This document shows positions 9,260 to 17,523 of a stretch of 64,000 bases of DNA, in pieces; within the stretch, counting starts at the first letter, position 1, and every line of letters starts with the position of its first letter. The stretch spans positions 81,017 to 145,016 of the forward strand of contig WRGR01000044.1 of assembly GCA_009787085.1 (NCBI GenBank), read 5' to 3'. This stretch comes from Actinomycetes bacterium. Lineage in GTDB: Bacteria > Actinomycetota > Coriobacteriia > Coriobacteriales > UBA8131. Both the position numbers and the translations under genes were made by a program. Under the pieces are notes generated by a model. It made no database searches and was not told the DNA's origin. It worked only from the letters and a program-made list of their open reading frames with translations.

Positions 9260-10522
9260 TTAGCCACGAGCGGCCGAGCTGAACTCCTCTTTACGGTGCT
9301 TGATCGCTGTGCGTACGGCCACTCCGGCAGCCTGTCCCAAGCCGCAGGCCGAAAGGCCGTTGATGTTGGCTAACATGGTGTCCAAGTTGTCAATATCCTC
9401 CGCTTTGGCCTTATCGCTGGCAAAATCGTCGAGCAGCTCCAGCGCCCGGGTGGTGCCAATACGACAAGGAGTGCATTTGCCGCAAGACTCGTGTACGAAA
9501 AATTCCAGCACCTTCTTGGAGTACTCAACTAAGCTGACACTGTCGTCTAAGACCACAATGGCGCCGGAGCCGACCGCCAGGCCCTTGTCCGCCAGCCCTT
9601 GGTAGCTGTAAAGGCCATCCAGCTGCTCGGGGAAGGCCAAAGGCCCAGACTGCCCGCCGAGATGCAGGAACTTGACTGGCCTGCCGCTGGACGTGCCGCC
9701 GCCGTATTCCTCGGAATAGAGCAGGTCGGCAAGGGGTGTGCCCAGCGGCACCTCGTAAGTGCCACGGTTTTTGATGTGGCCGGAGAGGCAGACCAGCTTG
9801 GTGCCGCCACCGTCCTCCGTACCCATCTCCAAGAAGGCCTGGCCGCCGATGTTTAGAATCACCGGAATGCAGGCAAAGGTCTCAACGTTATTGACCAGGG
9901 TCGGCTGGGAGTACAAGCCGACTTCGGCTAGGTGCGGCGGTTTGACACGCGGCCGCCCGGCCTTGCCCTCTACCGAGTTGAGCAGGGCAGAGTTCTCGCC
10001 GCAGACGTAGGCACCGGCACCGGAAACCACCGCAATGGTGTAGTCAAAACCCTTGACCCCCAGGATATCGGTGCCGAGGAGGCCAGCGGCGCAGGCGTTG
10101 TCGATGGCCTCTTGGAAGACCTTCTGGATTGCCCGGTATTCGCCACGAATGTAGATGAAGCCCTCGGGCGAGTCGAAGAGGTAGCCAGCGACCAACATGC
10201 CCTCGATGACGCTCAGGGGGTCTTCGGCCAACAATACCTTGTCCTTGAAGGTGCCCGGCTCGCCCTCGTCGGCGTTGCAGACGATATATTTCGGGCCTTC
10301 TTCGATAGCGAACAGCTGCCGCCATTTGCGGCCTGCTGGGTAAGCAGCGCCGCCCCGTCCCCGCAAGTTGGCGGTATCCACTTCGTTCAATATTTGATCT
10401 TTGCCAATCTCGATGGCTTTCTGGATGGCAGAAAATCCGCCCAGCTGCCGATACTCCTCCACTGATGCCGGGTTTTTCATCTTCCCGACGCGCTTTAGCA
10501 AAACAGGCTCTTTCATGCTCAT
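9260..10522 (-). CDS. NuoF-like NAD(H)/FMN-binding Fe-S subunit
   Basis: 420 aa with LRGRGGAAYPAGRKW, ADEGEPGTFKD and ESCGKCTPCR, the complex I 51-kDa family motifs. Confidence 0.9.
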   Translation of the reverse strand: MSMKEPVLLKRVGKMKNPASVEEYRQLGGFSAIQKAIEIGKDQILNEVDTANLRGRGGAAYPAGRKWRQLFAIEEGPKYIVCNADEGEPGTFKDKVLLAEDPLSVIEGMLVAGYLFDSPEGFIYIRGEYRAIQKVFQEAIDNACAAGLLGTDILGVKGFDYTIAVVSGAGAYVCGENSALLNSVEGKAGRPRVKPPHLAEVGLYSQPTLVNNVETFACIPVILNIGGQAFLEMGTEDGGGTKLVCLSGHIKNRGTYEVPLGTPLADLLYSEEYGGGTSSGRPVKFLHLGGQSGPLAFPEQLDGLYSYQGLADKGLAVGSGAIVVLDDSVSLVEYSKKVLEFFVHESCGKCTPCRIGTTRALELLDDFASDKAKAEDIDNLDTMLANINGLSACGLGQAAGVAVRTAIKHRKEEFSSAARG

Positions 10523-10645
10523 TTTGAAATCTCCATTCCGCTGCTAATTCAATTTTACTGTTAATTGAAATTGGGGACTCTACCCTGCCGCGCATTGCCT
10601 AGCATTACGCGACAGATGGTCGGCCTGATTTCAGGCCCTAGGCGG

Positions 10646-11125
10646 TTACTTGCTCTTTTTCAGATTCTGGATCAGTTCCTTGACTTTGTCGCGGCTCAGA
10701 TCGCCGTAAACAGCATCTTTGACCTTGATCACCGGCCCTACATCGCAGGCGCCTACGCAGGGCGTGAAGCGGAAGCTGAACAGGCCGTCGGAGGTGGGCT
10801 CGCCCCTCTTGACCCCCAGCTCGGCTTCTAGCCATCCAGATACCTCATCGGACTTGGTGAAGTGGCAAGGAGCTGAATTGCAGACTTCCAAAACATAGGC
10901 AGCCTGGGGCTTAGTCTCGATCATCGAGTAGAACGAGGCGATTTCGAATACTTTGGTCTCAGTGGTTGACAGTTTTTTGGCAACGAGGGCAATTGTTTCT
11001 TGGTCGACATAGCCCCCAGCAGAGGCTTCTTGTAGTGCCAGCAGAATATTCAGGATGTTCTCCTGTCTGCTGCCGTTTTGGTCAATGATCGTGGTTTTCT
11101 CGGTCTCGGATAACAGTTTGCTCAT
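10646..11125 (-). CDS. NuoE-like thioredoxin-fold [2Fe-2S] subunit
   Basis: 159 aa with C-x4-C (CNSAPC) and C-x3-C (CVGAC) spacing. First gene of the nuoE-nuoF-fdhA minus-strand array. Confidence 0.85.
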   Translation of the reverse strand: MSKLLSETEKTTIIDQNGSRQENILNILLALQEASAGGYVDQETIALVAKKLSTTETKVFEIASFYSMIETKPQAAYVLEVCNSAPCHFTKSDEVSGWLEAELGVKRGEPTSDGLFSFRFTPCVGACDVGPVIKVKDAVYGDLSRDKVKELIQNLKKSK

Positions 11126-11387
11126 ACTCAGACTCTCCTTCTACCGGGTTCCGCATCAATTATGCCTGAGGACAAGGAAATGCCTCAGGCGGAATCGAAC
11201 ACGATTATTCAGTGCCACTATATTGTAGGCAGCAGCCACTGGTTAAAGAACATCATCTCATTAGTTGATAAAGTTTGTCCGGAAACTACACAAAAAATCT
11301 ACAGCACCGCATCAGGCCGCAGCATTGGCGGAGCAGTGACAGGGGCAGGTGCCAGATCTGCATCAACCGCCAGTCATAACTACTTTT

Positions 11388-12527
11388 CTACAGTAACTGC
11401 TCAATTCGATCTACCGCTTCTTCTAAAGAGGCTTCTTGCCTCAGCATGCCTTGTATCTCAGCACTTCGCTGCCGTATCTGTGCATCGTTACAGACATCCA
11501 TCACGGCCTCGAATGCCTGTTTGCCGCTGCTGGGAAATGAGCGCATCTGCTTTCCGATTCCCAGTTCTACTATTCGTTTGGCATTAGACAGTTGATCGCC
11601 AGCAAATGGCATAGCAACCATTGGAACGCCATAGGCCATCGCCTCATTAACACTGTTCATGCCACAGTGAGTCAGAAAAACATCGCAATGTTGCAAAACA
11701 TCGATTTGGGGTACGAACTGATAGGCATATACATTCTTCGGTATCCTGCCCAACGTCTCGACCCTAGTTCTGGCGGTGTTCAGGATGACCGATACATTGC
11801 GGTCGCCAAAAGCACGGATGCATTCTTTGTAGAAACTGCGCTTATTGAACAGGCTGCCCAGCGATATATAGACAATAGGTGATGCCATCTCTTCATAGGG
11901 GATTACCTGATCATCCGGAGGGTCAAAGCCAAGAGTGCCGTTAGCCGGCATTGCGAACAGGTAGTCACCGCCGAACTCCTCGACGCGGGTTTGGAAGATG
12001 CGCGGGACATAAACAATGTTTAGCGCCGGTTTGTCGTGGACAATTGCCTCGGCCATGGTTTTGCCCCCTAGGTTCATATGAGCTTTGTCTCTAGGGCGCA
12101 TCACCTGATAGTCAACCAAACAACAGGTCAACTTGAAATATGCTGATGCTTTGGCCATCGTATCTTTAGGCCAAGCCGGTTGCGCAAACTGACGAACCGC
12201 CGGAACGCCTAGCCTGTCTGCAATTTTTATACCGGGGTGGAAGAACATTTCATAAATCACCAAATCAAACTTCTGCCTCAAGCCGATTGCCGTATCATAG
12301 GCCGCCCGAAACATCATCCTGGCCTTCTGCGAATTAGTTGGCGAGTCCGGATAGTTGACGAAAGGGATAAATTCTGCACCTGTGTTCTCGATCTTGGTGC
12401 GGTACTCCTCGGCGTTAACGTACGACACACTGTGTCCGTTCCCGACCAGCGCCTCAGCGAGCGGCAGCGTCGGGTTAGTGTGCCCGGCCAACGGTATGTT
12501 GACCATCAATATCTTCACCATATTCAA
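11388..12527 (-). CDS. GT1-family (macrolide/UDP-glycosyltransferase-like) glycosyltransferase
   Basis: 379 aa with N-terminal PLAGHTNPTLPLAEAL and the C-terminal donor-binding block THCGMNSVNEAMAYGVPMVAMPFAGDQ. The likely true start is the ATG at 12521, after GGGGAG. Visibly AT-richer than its flanks. Confidence 0.8.
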   Translation of the reverse strand: MNMVKILMVNIPLAGHTNPTLPLAEALVGNGHSVSYVNAEEYRTKIENTGAEFIPFVNYPDSPTNSQKARMMFRAAYDTAIGLRQKFDLVIYEMFFHPGIKIADRLGVPAVRQFAQPAWPKDTMAKASAYFKLTCCLVDYQVMRPRDKAHMNLGGKTMAEAIVHDKPALNIVYVPRIFQTRVEEFGGDYLFAMPANGTLGFDPPDDQVIPYEEMASPIVYISLGSLFNKRSFYKECIRAFGDRNVSVILNTARTRVETLGRIPKNVYAYQFVPQIDVLQHCDVFLTHCGMNSVNEAMAYGVPMVAMPFAGDQLSNAKRIVELGIGKQMRSFPSSGKQAFEAVMDVCNDAQIRQRSAEIQGMLRQEASLEEAVDRIEQLL

Positions 12528-12776
12528 CTCCCCTTACCACATAGATAGCTTCCCAAGACTAACCCGCCCGGATAGTGCCCCCGCACCTGCCCGCGCCTTC
12601 CGTCAGGCCGCGCTTCAAAACCGCCCTAACAAACACCACTATATCGACATATGTAATTTTATCCCCATTCATTGATCACCCTTATTCTAAGCCAAGCCGA
12701 CTGTGGTTTGGAAATGTGTCAATTTCGTGTTGAATATGCCGATTTACGGCAGGTTGCCGGCAGGTTGCCGGCCGCT

Positions 12777-14024
12777 TCAAACGACGATGATCTCCTTCTC
12801 GCCACCGGTGATGCACCTGCCACCGTCAGCGGTCACCACGTAGGTGTCTTCCACACCCACCATGCCTATGCCGCCAACACCTTTCTTCGGCTCTACGGCC
12901 AAGACCATGTTGGCCTCTAGCACCATGTCGCAGCCCTTGGCAATAACCGGAGGCTCGTCGATCTGCAGGCCGAGGCCGTGCCCCAGAAAACCGACCGTCC
13001 GGGCACCGTAGCCCATGAAGTTCTCCAAGAACGCCGGCTCAAGGCCATCCATCACTTGGCTGTAGATCGCTGCCGCCACGTTGCCTGGTCGCAGCAGCCC
13101 AACCACCTGCGCCGATACCTGCTGACACTGGCGATGGATGTCGAGCAGCCACTCCGGCGGCTGAGCCCCGAACATATACACCTGGGTGCGGTCGCTGTGA
13201 TAGCCATAGACCCCGTAGCCGACATCGACGAACACCAGGTCGCCTGACTTCAGCCGTCGCTGCCTATCGCCAACGATCGGCACCGCTGGACACATCCCCT
13301 TCATGCCGCCGGGGCCGTCGAAACTGGTGGGGTAGAGGGAGTTCTCGCCAAAGCCGATCTGCCCGGCAACCATCTCGACCTGAAACATCGAGAAGCGACT
13401 GACACCTTGGAAGCCAAGCTTCAGCATCTCTGCATACATCTCGGCAACCATCTCCACCTCACTTTTGCCCTCGGCCATCAGGCTAGGGACGATGGTCTCC
13501 AGCAGATAACAATGCTGGCGGCCGGACTCTTCCATCAAAGCCAGCTCATAGGGACTTTTCACGGCGCGAAGGGCAGAGATGAGCGGTCCTGCCGGAATGA
13601 TCTGGGTAATCTCAAAGTGCTTTTTCAGGCGCTGGAGCATGCCGTAGGTGAGAACTTCTGTCTCTAGGAAGATATTATGAATGCTATCGCCCAATTTAGC
13701 ACGAATATCACGGTAGCTATTCATCGGCAAGACGTTGTCAATCAGAGCCTCTAAGTGTGCTCGTTCACTGCTGCGCCGCACGAAATAAGCATATGACCCA
13801 TCGCGGAGCAGCACAAAAACACCGTCTTGGAGGGTACCGGTAAAGTAATACTGGTTAACCTTGTCGACAATGAATAGCGCGTCCCAGTCCGCAGACTGGG
13901 CGCATGCCCGCTCGTGCAGCGCCTGAATACGGGCTTGGATTTCTGAAGTTTCTGGCTGGCTGGATAAGTTCTCTGCCATTTGGAACATCTGAGTCATTTG
14001 GAACATCTGAGTCATTTGGGGCAT
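12777..14024 (-). CDS. M24-family metallopeptidase (Xaa-Pro aminopeptidase/creatinase fold)
   Basis: 415 aa with a creatinase-like N-domain and a pita-bread domain (DVGYGVYGYHSD, GHGLGLQIDE, VLAVEP, GVEDT). The likely true start is the ATG at 14015, which forms an ATGA overlap with the upstream stop. Confidence 0.8.
   Translation of the reverse strand: MPQMTQMFQMTQMFQMAENLSSQPETSEIQARIQALHERACAQSADWDALFIVDKVNQYYFTGTLQDGVFVLLRDGSYAYFVRRSSERAHLEALIDNVLPMNSYRDIRAKLGDSIHNIFLETEVLTYGMLQRLKKHFEITQIIPAGPLISALRAVKSPYELALMEESGRQHCYLLETIVPSLMAEGKSEVEMVAEMYAEMLKLGFQGVSRFSMFQVEMVAGQIGFGENSLYPTSFDGPGGMKGMCPAVPIVGDRQRRLKSGDLVFVDVGYGVYGYHSDRTQVYMFGAQPPEWLLDIHRQCQQVSAQVVGLLRPGNVAAAIYSQVMDGLEPAFLENFMGYGARTVGFLGHGLGLQIDEPPVIAKGCDMVLEANMVLAVEPKKGVGGIGMVGVEDTYVVTADGGRCITGGEKEIIVV
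13977..14024. repeat. 18-bp tandem repeat, about 2.7 copies, at the ligase/peptidase gene junction
   Basis: catttggaacatctgagt occurs at 13977-13994 and 13995-14012, with a partial third copy to 14024. It encodes MTQMFQ MTQMFQ on the minus strand. Confidence 0.9.
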
Positions 14025-15595
14025 CCTTTCTTCTTCGGCTCAGGGCTGCATGGGGCGGACTCCGGGCATTGATTCGGTACTCCCCCAGAGTCGAAACGTT
14101 TGACGAAGCGCTTGCCAGCATAACACGGAAAGAAATCGTCGGCGACCTCTAAATGGATTTGGATGCTATGAATGCGTCGATCGGGCAGAAACCCCGTCAT
14201 TGCGGCTCGGGAGCTGCAATGACGGAATTGCACATTAGATGGTGCTCCCATGGCGGCAGCCGGGGCGGCAACGTCTGAGGAAAAAAGCGGTCGCAACGCC
14301 TGAGATAGGCTTTGCTCCCCTAGTGTGCTGCCCGGCAGGGCAATGACACGTAGTCTCAGGGCAGCATTGGCTGCATCAAAGGCCACCTCGAAGTCCAAGA
14401 CCCCCGACAGTCCGAAGATGCATTCCTCCAGCTCAGGCAAGTTGATGTGAGCTCCTTGCAGCCCTGCGGTATCGCCCAAGCGGCCAGCAGGGCCATCGAT
14501 GCGTTTCAGGATCGACCCACAACCGCATTTGCCTGGCAACAGGCGCACCCGATCACCGCTGCGATAGCGAACTAGCGGCATGGCCTGGCAGCCAAGCGTG
14601 GTGAAAACCAACTCGCCCCATTGGCCGTCCGGCAGCGTCCGGCCACTTTGCGGATCGACCACCTCCACCAGCAAGTCCGTCTCCCGAATATGCAGGCCGT
14701 GATGGCAGGGACACTCCACTGCGCCGCCGTAGCCCATCTCGGTCATGCCGTAGTGGACGAAGACCTCTGCGTCCCAGATGCGCCGCAGCTCCCGGCAAAG
14801 CGATCCAGCAGCATTGTCGGCAGAGAGCAGCAGGCGGCGCAAATCAAGCTCAATGCCATGGTGCTCGCACCACCGGGCAAAGGCCAGCAGGTGCTGTGGG
14901 AAACCGACGGCGGCGCTTACCCGGTGGCGCTGGAAGGCTGCCGCCAGTGCCGGGAAGCTCTCCGGTATCCCTTGCGCCAGCGCCTGTGCCCCAATGCGCG
15001 TAACCGCCTCGCAGATCAAAGCACCCAAAGAAGCGGGGGTTTGGCAGGGGTAGAGCACGGCGATCGTCTCCCCTGTCGGATCCGACGGGACTCCACACTG
15101 CCGCGACAGCATTGATTGCTGCCCCGTTAACATGCGCATCCCGGCTGCCAGGTAATCGACGATCTGCTGATGGTCAGCGGGAGAGAAGGCCACGCGCTTC
15201 GCTTTGCCAGTGGTGCCGCTGGTCGGCAAACTGACGATGCGGCCAACGGCCGCCGGACTGACGCAAAGCAGCCCGGCGAAGCACTCGCCCAAAACCGCAG
15301 GATCCGTCAGGGGCAGCTTGGCCAGCGCCTCCAGGCTGTCCAAGTGGTCGACCGGCAGGTGCTGGCGGTAAAAGCGGCTGTTGTTAAAGGCGTGCTGCAG
15401 TGTGGCGTTCAGCCGCTCGAGCTGCAACTGGCGCAGCCCCGCCGCATCCAGCGCACCAGGCAAGCCTACTTGGACGCGATAGCACCAAGCCAGCTCGTTT
15501 TCACCCATCAGGAATGCCCTTCGGTTGTCGGCCAACACGCTTTTTACTTCATTGTCGGTGCTGAAAGGGTATGCCCAGGTATTGCCAGATGCCAC
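14012..15595 (-). CDS. PaaK/F390-synthetase-like adenylate-forming ligase with a C-terminal extension
   Basis: 527 aa with SLPTSGTTGKAKRV (AMP-binding P-loop), HYGMTEMG, YRSGD and GKCGCGS. The last ~95 aa (..FPCYAGKRFVK..CPESAPCSPEPKKKGCPK) extend beyond the usual family end. Confidence 0.7.
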   Translation of the reverse strand: MASGNTWAYPFSTDNEVKSVLADNRRAFLMGENELAWCYRVQVGLPGALDAAGLRQLQLERLNATLQHAFNNSRFYRQHLPVDHLDSLEALAKLPLTDPAVLGECFAGLLCVSPAAVGRIVSLPTSGTTGKAKRVAFSPADHQQIVDYLAAGMRMLTGQQSMLSRQCGVPSDPTGETIAVLYPCQTPASLGALICEAVTRIGAQALAQGIPESFPALAAAFQRHRVSAAVGFPQHLLAFARWCEHHGIELDLRRLLLSADNAAGSLCRELRRIWDAEVFVHYGMTEMGYGGAVECPCHHGLHIRETDLLVEVVDPQSGRTLPDGQWGELVFTTLGCQAMPLVRYRSGDRVRLLPGKCGCGSILKRIDGPAGRLGDTAGLQGAHINLPELEECIFGLSGVLDFEVAFDAANAALRLRVIALPGSTLGEQSLSQALRPLFSSDVAAPAAAMGAPSNVQFRHCSSRAAMTGFLPDRRIHSIQIHLEVADDFFPCYAGKRFVKRFDSGGVPNQCPESAPCSPEPKKKGCPK

Positions 15596-15606
15596 AAATA
15601 TCCTAT

Positions 15607-16008
15607 CTACTCGTTTAGCACCAGCTTCAGGCCCAGGCCCTCGTATTGCTGCATGGCCTTATCGGCACTTAGCAGCACGTGCCCTGTGCGCAAACATTGC
15701 CAGATGATCATCCGGTCAAAGGGGTCTTTGTGCCTTATGGTCAGCCGGTGGCTGGAGGCCAAGACATCGTTCTCAAGCCCTAAGCAGCGCATAAAGCTGC
15801 TGTCGAGAGCTGCGAGGAACTCTTCGGGGGAATGGCCGGCCAGATCGAGTTTTCCTAACCCGTATTTGATGGAGATCTCCCAGAGGCTCATCTGGCTATA
15901 GAAGATATCCTCGGCCTCGTTTTCTAGAATGTGGGTGATACTGCTGCTGAGCTTGCCCGGCTTGGCCAGCGCCCAGATCAGGATGTTTGTATCGACGAGA
16001 AACCTCAT
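15607..16008 (-). CDS. vapC: PIN-domain toxin, VapC family
   Basis: 133 aa starting MRFLVDTNILIW (first acidic PIN residue), with later DPFDR. Overlaps the antitoxin gene by 4 nt. Confidence 0.85.
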   Translation of the reverse strand: MRFLVDTNILIWALAKPGKLSSSITHILENEAEDIFYSQMSLWEISIKYGLGKLDLAGHSPEEFLAALDSSFMRCLGLENDVLASSHRLTIRHKDPFDRMIIWQCLRTGHVLLSADKAMQQYEGLGLKLVLNE

Positions 16009-16244
16009 GGCCCTAGGAGCTCCGTGTCGCTCATCTTCCAGTCGTCAGCAAAGGTTATCTCGCCCCAGTGCTCGATTACCCCCAGCTTTCGCTTCGGTCG
16101 GTTTGCCAGTTTTTCCGGGGGCGCGATACAGGCAACGACCTCACGCTTCTTGCCGCGGGTGATCGCCACCGTCTCGCCGTTGGCGACCAGCTTCAAGACC
16201 TCTGAAAAATGTGCCTTAGCTTCTGCAATTCGATATGTGGGCAT
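16005..16244 (-). CDS. type II antitoxin (Phd/YefM-like fold)
   Basis: 79 aa. The opening MPTYRIAEAKAHFSEVLKLVANGETVAITRGKK is a typical antitoxin N-terminus. Translationally coupled to vapC. Confidence 0.75.
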   Translation of the reverse strand: MPTYRIAEAKAHFSEVLKLVANGETVAITRGKKREVVACIAPPEKLANRPKRKLGVIEHWGEITFADDWKMSDTELLGP

Positions 16245-16280
16245 GGCGGCTCCTGGAGATGCGTCGAATATGGACAGTTT

Positions 16281-16307
16281 TCATTATGACCAATTTGGTC
16301 ATAATGA
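16281..16307. promoter_or_regulatory. perfect 13-1-13 palindrome, candidate VapB operator/promoter
   Basis: tcattatgaccaa-t-ttggtcataatga, every arm position complementary. It lies 37-63 nt upstream of the antitoxin ATG and contains cataat/cattat -10-like hexamers. Confidence 0.6.
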
Positions 16308-16626
16308 TCAAGGCTCCGACGTACATCACTTAAAATGCCCGCGAAATGTGCATATGGCTCGTACCGTGCCGCACCTACACCCAAGGTGGCAAAGCCGTGG
16401 GATGTTCATTGCAAGCTCATTGCACCGTGCGGATCAGGGATGGGTTTCCCTTGATCCGCGAAGTAAAAGATTGCGGCCCTGAGCCCGCAATGACAGGCAT
16501 CAGGCATTAATCGGTGTCTTCCTGGGGAATTTTTTCTTGTACACTAGAGACTCTCGCTATATATGGCATTAGCAGCATTGACCGGCACTTCCTTAAAGTC
16601 CGGATGGAAGAAACAGAGGTTATCAT

Positions 16627-17523
16627 TTGGTGTCTCGTGAAGCGGATATTGTCTTTGAGGAAGTCTCATACTGCTACCCCCATTCGGAGGGCGGCAACCT
16701 CCCGGAAAACCGATGTCAAGGCACAACAAACGCCGCTGCCAGCACCGGCGCAGGCACGGCTCTGTCTGAAGTTTCCCTGACGGTTGAGCGAGGCGAGTTC
16801 ATTGCTGTCATCGGTGCCAACGGCTCCGGTAAATCCACTCTAGCCAGACACATCAACGCCTTGCTGCTGCCCAGCGGCGGCCGGGTACTCGTTGTCGGTT
16901 TTGACAGCAGCGATCCGAACACCGCTTTCACCATCCGCTCCCACGCCGGCATGATCTTTCAAAACCCCAATACCCAGATTATCGCCAGCATCGTGGCCGA
17001 CGATGTGGCCTTCGGGCCGGAGAACTTAAACATTGAGCACTCCGAGCTGGTCGGGCGGGTCAGCGATGCCCTTGACCAAGTCGGCATGCTGCCCTTTGCC
17101 GAGGCCGACCCCAGCCAGCTCTCTGGCGGACAAAAGCAACGGGTCGCAATCGCCGGCATCCTGGCCATGCATCCAGATGTCTTGGTGCTCGACGAGCCCG
17201 GGGCGATGCTTGACGTGCGTGGCCGCCGTGGTATCCGCCGGGTGGTGCGGGAGCTGAATGCCAGCGGTATGACCGTTGTGCTGATCACCCATTTCATGGA
17301 AGAGGCAGTGCTGGCCAAACGGGTGGTAGTGATGGATGGCGGCCGTATCGCTTTGGACGGCCAGCCGGCCGAGGTCTTCAGCGATCCCGATACCCTGCGT
17401 CAGCTGGGCTTGGGCATCCCCTTCTCCATGCGCCTGGCCGAGGCCCTCATCGCCCGTGGCCTGCCGGTGCCTCAGCCGATCCGTCCCGAGGAGCTGAAGG
17501 AGCTGCTGTGCAGTTGGTATTAG
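16627..17523 (+). CDS. ecfA1: ECF transporter ATPase subunit
   Basis: 298 aa with Walker A GANGSGKST, signature LSGGQKQR and Walker B LVLDEP. TTG/GTG start. Confidence 0.9.
   Translation: MVSREADIVFEEVSYCYPHSEGGNLPENRCQGTTNAAASTGAGTALSEVSLTVERGEFIAVIGANGSGKSTLARHINALLLPSGGRVLVVGFDSSDPNTAFTIRSHAGMIFQNPNTQIIASIVADDVAFGPENLNIEHSELVGRVSDALDQVGMLPFAEADPSQLSGGQKQRVAIAGILAMHPDVLVLDEPGAMLDVRGRRGIRRVVRELNASGMTVVLITHFMEEAVLAKRVVVMDGGRIALDGQPAEVFSDPDTLRQLGLGIPFSMRLAEALIARGLPVPQPIRPEELKELLCSWY

Noticed and set aside
16262-16482. A His-rich 70-codon plus-strand frame (MDSFHYDQFGHNDQGSDVHH..) overlapping the vapB operator region.
   Set aside because: SD spacing is poor, it is the tail of a long antisense ORF, it has no motifs, and the palindrome is better explained as an operator.
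16425-16490. Two adjacent hairpins (gcggatcaggga..tcccttgatccgc and attgcgg..ccgcaat) between the vapB promoter and ecfA1; considered as an sRNA or REP-like element.
   Set aside because: The first stem is imperfect, there is no U-tract, no second copy occurs elsewhere in the window, and no recognisable family core is present. Evidence is too weak to call.
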